A stretch of 49,154 bases of DNA from Patescibacteria group bacterium (GTDB taxonomy: Bacteria; Patescibacteriota; Minisyncoccia; Phycocordibacterales; PALSA-1337), in NCBI GenBank assembly GCA_040387635.1, contig JAZKDJ010000001.1, positions 517,193-566,346 on the forward strand, given 5' to 3'. Numbering within the stretch: position 1 is the first letter of the stretch; every line of letters begins with the position of its first letter. A program made the position numbers and the translations under genes. Under the pieces are notes generated by a model that saw only the letters and a program-made list of their open reading frames with translations, had not been told where the DNA came from and made no database searches. Of the stretch, positions 8,809 to 18,095 are shown piece by piece.

Positions 8809-9696
8809 TCAAACTGGTGTAGGGATAAGCATTTTAGGATGTGGTTCGTAGTCGGTGACGGTGAAGTGTTCAGGTCGGAAGTCGAAGATGTCCTTGATGT
8901 TTGGATCAAGGGTAACTGTAGGGAAGCGGCGAGGTTCTCTCTGGAGGAGTTCTTTGACCTTCTCATACTGATTCTCATACATATGTGCGTCTGAGAATGT
9001 GTGAACATATTCCTTTGGCTTGTAGCCTGTAACCTGGGCAAGCATCATAAGGAATGCTGCGTACTGCATCATGTTGAAGGGAACTCCTACAGGAATGTCG
9101 CCTGATCGCTGGAAATGGTGGAGAGACATTTCGTTGGTCTCAGGGAAAATGAGGACGTGCATCCAACCGTGGCAGGGTGCTACGACAACCTTTCGTTTGA
9201 GCTCTTTGTGCTGAAGGGTGTACTGAGGAATCCAAGGAGTGACGAGATGCGTTCGGAGGAAGGGCATATCCTTGATCTGTTTGATGAGATGCTTGATCTG
9301 ATTGAATGGTTCACCTTCAGCTGTAGGGAAGGTTGCCCATGCTGCACCGTATGATCCAGGTCCGAGGTCTCCAGCTTCAAGTCCGAATATCGCACACTTC
9401 TCAGGAGTTACCCATCGATCCCACCAAGGGCAGCCGAATTTTGAAAGCTCTTCGTGAGTATGAGCTCCGTGGAGAAAGGCAATGTGCTCACCGAGTGCGC
9501 CAGCAATAAATTTTCCTGAAAGATCACGTTCAGTAATCATTGGAAAACCGTTCTTCATATCAAACCTGAATTGATGTCCAAGGATCATTTTCGATTTGAT
9601 ACCGTGGATTGGATTTACCTCTGTACCCTCATTCAAAATCTTGGTTAATAGGTCGCGATACTGTGTATCGATTGTTCGCTCGCTGTATGGTTTCAT
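8809..9696 (-). CDS. thyA: thymidylate synthase (divergent)
   Basis: GFPMIT, WWDRW, DLGPGSYG, APCH (catalytic Cys), QRSGD, GVPFN (dUMP-specifying Asn) and DAHMY. Confidence 0.93.
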   Translation of the reverse strand: MKPYSERTIDTQYRDLLTKILNEGTEVNPIHGIKSKMILGHQFRFDMKNGFPMITERDLSGKFIAGALGEHIAFLHGAHTHEELSKFGCPWWDRWVTPEKCAIFGLEAGDLGPGSYGAAWATFPTAEGEPFNQIKHLIKQIKDMPFLRTHLVTPWIPQYTLQHKELKRKVVVAPCHGWMHVLIFPETNEMSLHHFQRSGDIPVGVPFNMMQYAAFLMMLAQVTGYKPKEYVHTFSDAHMYENQYEKVKELLQREPRRFPTVTLDPNIKDIFDFRPEHFTVTDYEPHPKMLIPTPV

Positions 9697-9765
9697 ACCT
9701 CGTATTGTACTACAATGGAAACATTGTAAAACCGGAATTTATAGCAAACACACATTAAGAAACAC

Positions 9766-10191
9766 ATGGAAATCAAAGTCAAAAAAGTTCGTGAAGGATC
9801 AAAGTTGCCGACATATGCCCACCTCGGGGATGTCGGAATGGATGTGTATGCAACAGAGGATTATGAGCTCAAGCCGGGTGAGCGAAGGGTGTTTTTCGTT
9901 GGATTTGCTTTAGAGTTTCCTGTTGGATATGCCGCTATCGTCAAAGACAAATCCAGCCTACCTAACAAAGCGGGGCTTCATACTATGGGAGGAGTTTATG
10001 ACGCTGGCTATAGAGGGGAATATAACATTCAGCTCATTAATCTTGGGCAGGAGGCTTACAAGATAAGTAATGGTGACAAGATCGCACAGATTGTGGTTTT
10101 TCCAGTGGCTATATGTACGCTCAAAGAAACCGAAGAGCTTTCAGAAAGCAGCCGAGGCGAGGGAAGATTTGGAAGTACGGGAAAGCAGTAA
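9766..10191 (+). CDS. dut: trimeric dUTPase
   Basis: GDVGMD, KSS, GVYDAGYRGE, DKIAQ and RGEGRFGSTG (motifs I-V). Confidence 0.96.
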   Translation: MEIKVKKVREGSKLPTYAHLGDVGMDVYATEDYELKPGERRVFFVGFALEFPVGYAAIVKDKSSLPNKAGLHTMGGVYDAGYRGEYNIQLINLGQEAYKISNGDKIAQIVVFPVAICTLKETEELSESSRGEGRFGSTGKQ

Positions 10192-10275
10192 TACTTCGTG
10201 GTCGGAGGCTGTTGAGAGTGTATTGCGAAAATCTCCATTTGGGGCTAAATTTAAATACAGATACTTTGACTTCGC

Positions 10276-10761
10276 ATGAGACTTATCATCAGCGAGCTGG
10301 AAGATTGTGCCTACGACGTGAGAGGGCAATTGAGTAAGCAGCCAGGTGATCTCACGCCAATACATACCTTTCCTGGATTCACCGAAGCTTTCGAATCCAT
10401 GAAGTGCTTTCGTGCGCTCGTGACGGTAGGAGACTTTCGCGAGAAATTCCGCATCCTGCATCTCCTGGGTATCACCAGGTGTTTCGATTACATCAAGATA
10501 TGCACAACTGAACAGCAGAAGTGCGTTGAGATCGGCCGCTTGTCGTTCATGCTCGGGATCAACGAACCCTCAGAGGGTCTGGTCATCGGAAGCTGTCTCC
10601 ATTCGGAGATCGTGTATGGTAATGCAGCAACGTGCACCACAGCACACTTGCAGGTAGGAAAGTATGGAAGCAGGATTCCTACTGATTGCCTTGAAGTACC
10701 CACCTTTACATTGAAGTCGTGGGATGAATTCCCACTGCTCCAAAGAGACCTTCATTTTTGA
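10276..10761 (+). CDS. degenerate HAD-like hydrolase domain protein
   Basis: MRLIISELED (motif I position), FPG, LVTVG (motif II) and LVIGSCLHSEIVYGNAATCTT (motif IV-like, catalytic Asp replaced). Confidence 0.55.
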   Translation: MRLIISELEDCAYDVRGQLSKQPGDLTPIHTFPGFTEAFESMKCFRALVTVGDFREKFRILHLLGITRCFDYIKICTTEQQKCVEIGRLSFMLGINEPSEGLVIGSCLHSEIVYGNAATCTTAHLQVGKYGSRIPTDCLEVPTFTLKSWDEFPLLQRDLHF

Positions 10762-10791
10762 CCCGCTTATACGGCAGGTCGGAAACAACGG

Positions 10792-10819
10792 GCGCCGCCA
10801 TCGGGACGGCGCTTTTTTT
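10792..10819 (+). terminator. intrinsic terminator
   Basis: GCGCCG-CCATCGGGA-CGGCGC followed by TTTTTTT. Confidence 0.7.
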
Positions 10820-10957
10820 CTTTTCTTAACATCCAGGTGCAGCTATGATATCGTACGGGTATGATCTAATACCCTGATTTGAGTCACATATTCGGAATTT
10901 ATCAGATATTTACTGAAAATTTACTTTTATTTTATTCCTTACACCTATACTAATCCA

Positions 10958-12169
10958 ATGAAAGACACTCAAATCAAAAAACTAATCGAGGCTGAGAAGA
11001 AGCGACAGAAAAGCGTTATTAACCTCATCGCGTCAGAGAACATTGTTTCGAAGGATGTACTCGAAGCTCTTGGCTCAGAACTTACCAACAAATATGCGGA
11101 AGGATATCCTCACAAGAGATATTACGGGGGACAGACTTTCATAGACAAAATTGAAGACGTTTGCAAAGAGCGTGCATTGAAGCTCTTCGGATTAAGCGAT
11201 GGTATGTGGCATGTGAACGTGCAGGCACTCTCAGGATCACCGGCGAACCTCGCAGTCTTTCTCGCAGCTGCTCCTCTGGGATCAAAGATTATGGGTATGA
11301 CACTGTCTCATGGTGGTCACCTAACGCATGGTCAGAAAGTTTCTATGACAGGAAAAGCTTGGGTTCAGGTTCCATTCGGAGTTGATGAGAAGACAGAGAT
11401 GATTGATTATGATGCACTCAAAAAGCTTGCAGTAGAGGAGAAGCCAGCAGTTATCGTAGCGGGATTCACTGCGTACCCTAGAACTGTTGATTTCAAGAAG
11501 TTCCGTGATATTGCTGATGCATGCGGCGCAGTCCTTATGGTAGACATGTCACACTTTGCTGGACTTGTAGCGGGTAAGGCATACTCATCACCGTTTGAAC
11601 ATGCGGATGTTGTTACTACGACTGTACATAAAACATTACGAGGTCCGCGCTCAGCTTTGATTTTCTCAAAGAAAAACGTAAACGTACTGAAGACTATTGC
11701 TGATGGAACTACGAAAGAGCAGTCACTCTCAGAGCTTATTGATAAGGCGATTTTCCCGGGACTCCAGGGAGGTCCTCACATGAATCAGATTGCAGCGGTG
11801 GCGGTGGCGCTCAAGGAAGCGGCAGCTCCAGCTTTCAAAAAATACGCACAGCAGGTAAAGAAAAACGCTACAGCTCTCGCAAGCGAACTGCAGAAATTGG
11901 GCTGGAGAATCATATCCGGTGGAACTGACAGCCATCTTGTACTCGTTGATACGTGGATGGGAGGGAAGGGTGTGAGTGGAACAGAAGCTAGTGACAGGCT
12001 TGAGAAGGCAGGTATTATCGTTAACAAAAATACTATTCCAGGTGAAACTCGTTCTGCATTTGATCCGTCAGGAATTAGACTAGGAAGCGCGGCTGAAACT
12101 ACTCGAGGTAAAAAAGAAAAGGATTTCGTGGTTATCGCAAGGAAAATTGATAAGGTATTGAGGAAGTAG
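10958..12169 (+). CDS. glyA: serine hydroxymethyltransferase
   Basis: NLIASEN, NKYAEGYP, HGGHLTHG, TTTVHKTLRGPR (PLP Lys) and FPGLQGGP. Confidence 0.98.
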   Translation: MKDTQIKKLIEAEKKRQKSVINLIASENIVSKDVLEALGSELTNKYAEGYPHKRYYGGQTFIDKIEDVCKERALKLFGLSDGMWHVNVQALSGSPANLAVFLAAAPLGSKIMGMTLSHGGHLTHGQKVSMTGKAWVQVPFGVDEKTEMIDYDALKKLAVEEKPAVIVAGFTAYPRTVDFKKFRDIADACGAVLMVDMSHFAGLVAGKAYSSPFEHADVVTTTVHKTLRGPRSALIFSKKNVNVLKTIADGTTKEQSLSELIDKAIFPGLQGGPHMNQIAAVAVALKEAAAPAFKKYAQQVKKNATALASELQKLGWRIISGGTDSHLVLVDTWMGGKGVSGTEASDRLEKAGIIVNKNTIPGETRSAFDPSGIRLGSAAETTRGKKEKDFVVIARKIDKVLRK

Positions 12170-12180
12170 GTTGTATAAAA

Positions 12181-12223
12181 TAAAAAATTAAAACGAAGAA
12201 CCCGCGTTCCTGATGAACGCGGG
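12181..12223 (-). terminator. intrinsic terminator on the minus strand (possibly bidirectional)
   Basis: CCCGCGTTC-CTGAT-GAACGCGGG with an A-rich left flank. Confidence 0.7.
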
Positions 12224-12570
12224 GCTTGAAGCGATATGGTCTTGGAGATTAACCTTGTTATCCTACGGCCACCACGGGGCGTCGGGCAAGTCTGGGTTCT
12301 CCTTTGACAGGCACCAGGGTCGTTTCGCTCGTCGAGCGGGGAACAGACCGAAGTGTCGGCGACTTCTCTTTTAATGCACGGAGAGGAACCGATGGCTCGG
12401 GGCCAAAACGATCATGATCCGCACATTTCCATGGTCCAGGGCTTGCTTCGTGCCCTGGTCGTTGCTTCCCCAGAAATCGTAAAGTGTGTTCTCAAATCTA
12501 GATAGATTGAGGTAGACCGGGTTGGGAACCAAGAGTCACATGGACTAGGTTTTTTGCTATAAACGTGGTC
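12195..12570 (-). ncRNA. candidate structured ncRNA or small-ORF transcript between glyA and argS
   Basis: Minus-strand promoter TTGACT(12605-12600)-N16-TATAAA with extended TG, terminator at ~12200, several GC hairpins, and no convincing ATG ORF. Confidence 0.3.
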
Positions 12571-12641
12571 TAATCTATTTATAACATAGATGGCTTCAAA
12601 GTCAATAAGGCGCCAAAAAAGGGCCATGGTAGAATGCTTCC

Positions 12642-14405
12642 ATGACAATTTCAGGGATCTCAGAACAAATAATTCGCGCTGTCAACACCATTCTTAAAGA
12701 CATGGGAGTAGCAGAACCTCGAGCTACTCTTGAGCATCCTGAGAACATTCTCCATGGTGACCTCTCAACAAACGCGGCTCTCGCGTATGCCAAAGAATTG
12801 AAGATGAATCCACGCGAACTTGCAGGAAAGATTCTGACTGCTCTTGGCGACTATAAGTTAGAGCACGTAGACAAGAATGAGAGCGCTGGTCCAGGTTTCA
12901 TTAATTTTCAGATCAATCCAGAGTTCATCGGCACAGAGATCGTAAGAATATCTGACGATGAGAAATTCGGCAGGACGCCTGTGCTCAAGAGCAAAAAGAT
13001 TGTTGTTGAGTATACTGATCCAAACGCATTCAAAGTTTTTCATATCGGTCACCTCATGTCGAACTCCATTGGAGAATCCATCTCAAGGATTATTGATTAC
13101 TCCGGTGCGACAGTGGTGCGACTATGCTATCCAAGTGACATTGGCCTTCATATTGCTAAGGCTGTGTGGGCTATCAAAAATAATTTAAAAGAACTTCCTT
13201 CTGAGGACACGGCTATTACCCTGAGGACTGATTTCTTAGGTAAGATGTATGTATATGGAACGGCACAGTATGAAGAATCTCCTGAAGTAAAAGCCGAGAT
13301 CGATAGCATCAACAAGAAGTTATTTGAGAAAAGCGACAAGGAGCTCAATGATATTTATGAGAAGGGCAGGCGATGGAGCTTCGAGCATTTCGAGGCGCTC
13401 TACAAAAAGCTTGGCACAAAGTTTGATGGATATATCTACGAAAGCGAGGTTGCAGAACCAGGCAAAAAAATTGTTCTTGCTCACGTGGGTAAGGTTTTCC
13501 AAGAAAGCGACGGTGCGATAGTTTTTAAAGGAGAGGACTACGGACTTCACACACGCGTCTTCCTCAACTCACAAGGTTTGCCAACATACGAAGCAAAAGA
13601 AATCGGACTTAACACCAAGAAGTTCGCAGACATCCCGGATATTGATACTTCTATTGTTCTTACTGGTAATGAACAGAATGAATATTTCAAAGTAGTCAGA
13701 AAAGCCCTTGAACTCATTGATCCAAAGATTGGTACTCGTACTCATCATATTGGTCACGGTATGCTTCGATCAACCGCAGGCAAGATGTCATCACGAAAGG
13801 GAAATGTGATAACTGGCGAATCGCTCATTGAGGAGATGGAGGAAATGACTCTTGAGAAAATGGCTGACAGGGAAATGACTGATGCTGAAAAAAAGATTGT
13901 GGCTACAGATGTTGCTATTGGTGCTATCAGATATTCCATCTTGCGTCAGGCGCCGGGAGGAAACATCATCTATGATCCTGAGAAATCAGTTTCATTCGAA
14001 GGCGATTCTGGACCATATCTCCAGTATGCGGCCGTGCGTGCTCTGACCGTCATTCAGAAAGCAAATGAAGCCGGACTCAAAAAGTTTTCAATTAAAGATA
14101 TTCTTCCAGAGAGCGGATTCATTAATCAGGATTCTTTTGCTGTTACCGCAGGAACTCTCGAGCGCATGATGGTGCGATTCCCAGAAATGGTGGAGCGAGC
14201 ATGTAAAGAATATGCACCGCATCACATTACGGGATATCTCACAGAGCTTGCAGGACTTTTCAATAGTTTCTATGCTGGAAACAAAATTATCGATCCGACA
14301 AAGCCTGCAGAATCTTCGTACAGACTTTCAGTAACGAAGGCCTTTGCAACAGTCATGACCAACGGACTCTATCTACTCGGAATCAACGTGCCACCAAAGA
14401 TGTAA
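12642..14405 (+). CDS. argS: arginine--tRNA ligase
   Basis: HGDLSTN, AGPGFINF, VEYTDPNAFKVFHIGH, KMSSRKG and GDSGPYLQYA. Confidence 0.97.
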   Translation: MTISGISEQIIRAVNTILKDMGVAEPRATLEHPENILHGDLSTNAALAYAKELKMNPRELAGKILTALGDYKLEHVDKNESAGPGFINFQINPEFIGTEIVRISDDEKFGRTPVLKSKKIVVEYTDPNAFKVFHIGHLMSNSIGESISRIIDYSGATVVRLCYPSDIGLHIAKAVWAIKNNLKELPSEDTAITLRTDFLGKMYVYGTAQYEESPEVKAEIDSINKKLFEKSDKELNDIYEKGRRWSFEHFEALYKKLGTKFDGYIYESEVAEPGKKIVLAHVGKVFQESDGAIVFKGEDYGLHTRVFLNSQGLPTYEAKEIGLNTKKFADIPDIDTSIVLTGNEQNEYFKVVRKALELIDPKIGTRTHHIGHGMLRSTAGKMSSRKGNVITGESLIEEMEEMTLEKMADREMTDAEKKIVATDVAIGAIRYSILRQAPGGNIIYDPEKSVSFEGDSGPYLQYAAVRALTVIQKANEAGLKKFSIKDILPESGFINQDSFAVTAGTLERMMVRFPEMVERACKEYAPHHITGYLTELAGLFNSFYAGNKIIDPTKPAESSYRLSVTKAFATVMTNGLYLLGINVPPKM

Positions 14406-14424
14406 ATGCTGATTCATCTATGTT

Positions 14425-17400
14425 ATGCTTTCCATATTGAAAATGGCTGAGGATAAAAAAACACAACACCACAAGGATTCTACGGTTCCAAAAAGCCCTC
14501 TAGCCGAACGAGAGGAGCGCGTTTTGCAGTTCTGGAATGCTGAGAAGATTTTCGAGAAAACTCTCACTAAGGAAGCTCCATCAGGCGAGTTTATTTTCTA
14601 TGACGGTCCGCCGTTTGCGACAGGTACGCCTCATTACGGTCATATTTTGGCAAGTACAATTAAGGATGTTATCCCTCGCTATAAAACCATGCGTGGATTC
14701 CATGTACCACGACGATGGGGATGGGACTGTCACGGACTACCTATTGAGAACATGGTTGAGAAGGAACTCGGTCTCAAATCGAAGAAAGATATTGAGGAAT
14801 ACGGACTAGAGCAATTCACAGGAGTGGCTCGAGAGTTCGTGCTTCGCTATGCTGATATCTGGAGATCACAGATCCCAAGATTCGGACGATGGGTGGATAT
14901 GGACGATGACTATCGAACTATGGATTCATCGTACACAGAATCTGTATGGTGGGTTTTTAAAACTCTCTATAAGAAGGGTCTTATCTACGAAGGTTTCAAG
15001 TCTATGCAGCTTTGTCCTCGATGCGGAACGACGCTCTCAAACTTCGAGGTGAATCAGGGATACAAGGATATCACTGACATTTCTGTATACGCGAAGTTTG
15101 AACTGACAGATAATCCAGGAACTTTTCTTTTAGCTTGGACTACTACTCCTTGGACATTGCCTGGCAACGTTGCTCTCGCAGTTAATCCAGATATTGATTA
15201 TGTAAAAATCGAGATTGCTAAAGAGGGTGTTGCAGACGCTGAGAAAATGCCGAATGTATTTTATATCCTCGCAAAGGAGCGGCTTTCTGCTATCAAGGAA
15301 ACATTTACAATCTTGGACGAGATGAAGGGATCCAAGCTAGTAGGTCATTCCTATAAGCCTGTGTTTGATTACTACGCCAATCTTCCTGAAGCAAAAGGTA
15401 AGGCTTGGAAAATCTACGGTGCTGAATTCGTAACGACAACCGACGGTACTGGAATCGTGCACGTAGCCCCAGCATTTGGTTCAGATGACTACGAGCTTGC
15501 TCAGAAGCACAAGCTGCCTCTCATTCAGCATGTGAGTATTGATGGTAAATTCAAGCCGGAAGTTACTGACTTCGCGGGAATGGATGTGAAGCCGAAGGCA
15601 GGGAAAATAAAAGGGGAGGATGGAAAAGAAAAGGAAGAGAAGGATGCGCATCAGAAGGCAGATATAGAAGTGGTCAAATACCTCGCGCACAAAGGACTGC
15701 TTTTTGCTAAAGAAAAAATCATCCACTCATATCCTCACTGCTGGAGATGTGAGACGCCGCTTCTCAATTACGCTTCGTCATCATGGTTTGTGAGCGTTAC
15801 AGAATTCAAGGATGCTCTCGTTGAGGAAAACAAAAAGATAAACTGGGTACCTAAAGAAGTAGGACAGTATCGGTTTGGTAACTGGCTCGAGGGCGCTCGT
15901 GACTGGGCAATCTCACGTGCTCGATATTGGGGTGCACCTCTTCCTGTATGGAAATCAGAAGACGGCAAGGAAGTTGTTGTTGTCGGAACAAAGGATTATT
16001 TGAAGGAACTTTTGAAGCCACGCAACGAGTACTTACTGATGCGTCATGGAGAAGCTGAGAGCAATGTCTTGGGCATTATTAGCTCTGATATAAATAGCGT
16101 TAACAATCTGACAGAGAAAGGACGATCCCAAGTTGAAGAGTCAGCTCGTCATCTCAAGAAAGAAAAAATAGACCTGATTATTGCGTCGCCATTTTTGCGA
16201 ACCCGACAGACTGCAGAGATCGTAGCGAAAGCTATCGGATATGAACCTGCAAATATAGTGTACGAGGAGAGATTTAGAGAAATTTCAGTAGGTGTATTCA
16301 ATGGTAAAAAAATCGAAGAATATACAGGATCATACTCAGATCCACTCCACCGATTCTATCAAGCACCTGAAGGAGGAGAGACGCTTACTCAAGTTCGTAA
16401 GCGAATGATGGAAGCGCTCTATGAGATCGACAAGAAGTATGAAGGCAAAAAAATACTCATCGTTACTCACGAGACTCCGGGTTGGATAATGTTCTCAGGA
16501 GCAGAGGGTCTTACTAAGCGTGAGACGCTTGATTTGCGAAGCAACGGCACTGGTCTTTTTCTCCATAACGCAGATGTAAGAATGCTTAGGTTTGTCCATC
16601 TTCCTCATAACCATGATTACGAACTCGATTACCATCGACCATTCATAGACGAGGTAGTTCTCACAGACAAACACGGTAAGCCAATGAAGCGAGTTAAGGA
16701 TGTGTTTGATTGCTGGTTTGAATCAGGTTCAATGCCATACGGTGAAGCACAGTACAAGGGCGAGACCGTGCCGCACTTTGATCCTATGAGCAACAAGGGA
16801 GTGGGATATCCTGCAGACTTCATAGCTGAAGGTCTCGATCAGACACGAGGCTGGTTCTATTCTATGCTCGTACTCGGAGTTGCTCTCTTTGGAAAAGCTC
16901 CATTCAAGAACGTGATCGTAAACGGTCTCGTACTTGCTGAAGACGGCAAAAAAATGTCCAAGAGCCTCAAGAACTATCCTGATCCTATGGACGTAGTTAA
17001 TCGATATGGAATCGACGCCGTCAGATATTTCATGCTGCAGTCGCCTGTGGTTGCTTCTGAGGATTTGCGGTTCACTGAGAAGGGAGTGGATGAAGTTGTG
17101 AAGAAAATCGTCAACAGATTGGATAACGTGGTTACGTTCTACGAGACGTACAAAAACATGCACGCTTCTGCGCTGGGAGAAATCTTTGAAGAATCAGCTG
17201 CTAACCCTGAGAGTCTCCATGTGCTCGATCAATGGATTGTTGCTCGATTCGATCAGATGCTAGAGCACGTTACTAAAGGATTGGAGAAATATGAGCTTCA
17301 TAATGGTTGCCGACCAATAAATGATTTCATTGAAGATCTTTCTGTTTGGTATCTACGCCGATCACGAGATCGCTTCAAGTCAGACAATATAGAAGATGTG

Positions 17401-18084
17401 AAGAACGCTTTGCAGACAACACGGTATGTACTCGAGAGACTCTCACGAGTACTTGCGCCATTCATGCCATTCTTTGCTGAAGATATATACAGCAGGACAA
17501 TGGGCAGCAACGATCCTCAGAGTGTTCACTTGGCGTCATGGCCCCATATTGATGAGAACGAAAATAATCCAGCTATAGTTACGTACATGGCTGAAGTGAG
17601 ATCTTTTGTTACAGCAGGACTCGAAGCTAGAGCTAAGGCGGGTATCAAGGTAAGACAACCTTTGGCTGCGCTTACTATTCAGAGCAAAGACCTTGCTGAC
17701 AAGCCTGAACTTCTCGAACTTATTCAGGACGAGGTCAACGTTAAGAAGGTTTTGGCAAACAAAGATCTTGCGACTCCAGTAGAACTCGATACTAATCTCA
17801 CGAATGAACTTAAGGACGAGGGAATACTTCGTGAACTCATGCGATCCATCCAAGACCTTCGAAAGGAGAACGGTCTCAATGTAGGAGAGCAGGCTACTCT
17901 CGTTGTTGCTGCGGATGAAAAAGCCAAAGCTTTCATGCAGAGATTCGAGAAGGAGCTCAAGCAAGTTACTCAGCTCGTGTCTATTGAATTCCAAGAGCAG
18001 CAGACTCAACCAGGCGCTCAGCCTGAAAAAGCGACAGCTATAACTGCTGAACCTTTCGTCTATCACGTTACGATCGTTAAGTAA
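14425..18084 (+). CDS. ileS: isoleucine--tRNA ligase (type 2) with inserted histidine-phosphatase domain
   Basis: YDGPPFATGTPHYGH, GWDCHGLP, WTTTPWTLPGN, GTGIVH, DWAISR, EGLDQTRGWF and KMSKS. RHG domain insert at ~16021-16600. The start may be 14443. Confidence 0.96.
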   Translation: MLSILKMAEDKKTQHHKDSTVPKSPLAEREERVLQFWNAEKIFEKTLTKEAPSGEFIFYDGPPFATGTPHYGHILASTIKDVIPRYKTMRGFHVPRRWGWDCHGLPIENMVEKELGLKSKKDIEEYGLEQFTGVAREFVLRYADIWRSQIPRFGRWVDMDDDYRTMDSSYTESVWWVFKTLYKKGLIYEGFKSMQLCPRCGTTLSNFEVNQGYKDITDISVYAKFELTDNPGTFLLAWTTTPWTLPGNVALAVNPDIDYVKIEIAKEGVADAEKMPNVFYILAKERLSAIKETFTILDEMKGSKLVGHSYKPVFDYYANLPEAKGKAWKIYGAEFVTTTDGTGIVHVAPAFGSDDYELAQKHKLPLIQHVSIDGKFKPEVTDFAGMDVKPKAGKIKGEDGKEKEEKDAHQKADIEVVKYLAHKGLLFAKEKIIHSYPHCWRCETPLLNYASSSWFVSVTEFKDALVEENKKINWVPKEVGQYRFGNWLEGARDWAISRARYWGAPLPVWKSEDGKEVVVVGTKDYLKELLKPRNEYLLMRHGEAESNVLGIISSDINSVNNLTEKGRSQVEESARHLKKEKIDLIIASPFLRTRQTAEIVAKAIGYEPANIVYEERFREISVGVFNGKKIEEYTGSYSDPLHRFYQAPEGGETLTQVRKRMMEALYEIDKKYEGKKILIVTHETPGWIMFSGAEGLTKRETLDLRSNGTGLFLHNADVRMLRFVHLPHNHDYELDYHRPFIDEVVLTDKHGKPMKRVKDVFDCWFESGSMPYGEAQYKGETVPHFDPMSNKGVGYPADFIAEGLDQTRGWFYSMLVLGVALFGKAPFKNVIVNGLVLAEDGKKMSKSLKNYPDPMDVVNRYGIDAVRYFMLQSPVVASEDLRFTEKGVDEVVKKIVNRLDNVVTFYETYKNMHASALGEIFEESAANPESLHVLDQWIVARFDQMLEHVTKGLEKYELHNGCRPINDFIEDLSVWYLRRSRDRFKSDNIEDVKNALQTTRYVLERLSRVLAPFMPFFAEDIYSRTMGSNDPQSVHLASWPHIDENENNPAIVTYMAEVRSFVTAGLEARAKAGIKVRQPLAALTIQSKDLADKPELLELIQDEVNVKKVLANKDLATPVELDTNLTNELKDEGILRELMRSIQDLRKENGLNVGEQATLVVAADEKAKAFMQRFEKELKQVTQLVSIEFQEQQTQPGAQPEKATAITAEPFVYHVTIVK

Positions 18085-18095
18085 GTCCATATCTC

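Noticed and set aside
8809-9696. ThyA homologue as a phage-type dCMP hydroxymethylase (DNA hypermodification)
   Set aside because: The specificity residue is Asn (GVPFN), not Asp. DHFR is adjacent, and no phage or glycosyltransferase genes are present.
12195-12570. RNase P RNA or tmRNA (size fits; AGAACCCAGACTT loosely resembles the RNase P 3' motif)
   Set aside because: No GAGGAAAGTCC 5' motif and no tRNA-like ends were found.
16021-16600. IleRS insertion as an intein
   Set aside because: No Cys/Ser start, His-Asn end or LAGLIDADG motifs; it has histidine-phosphatase motifs instead.
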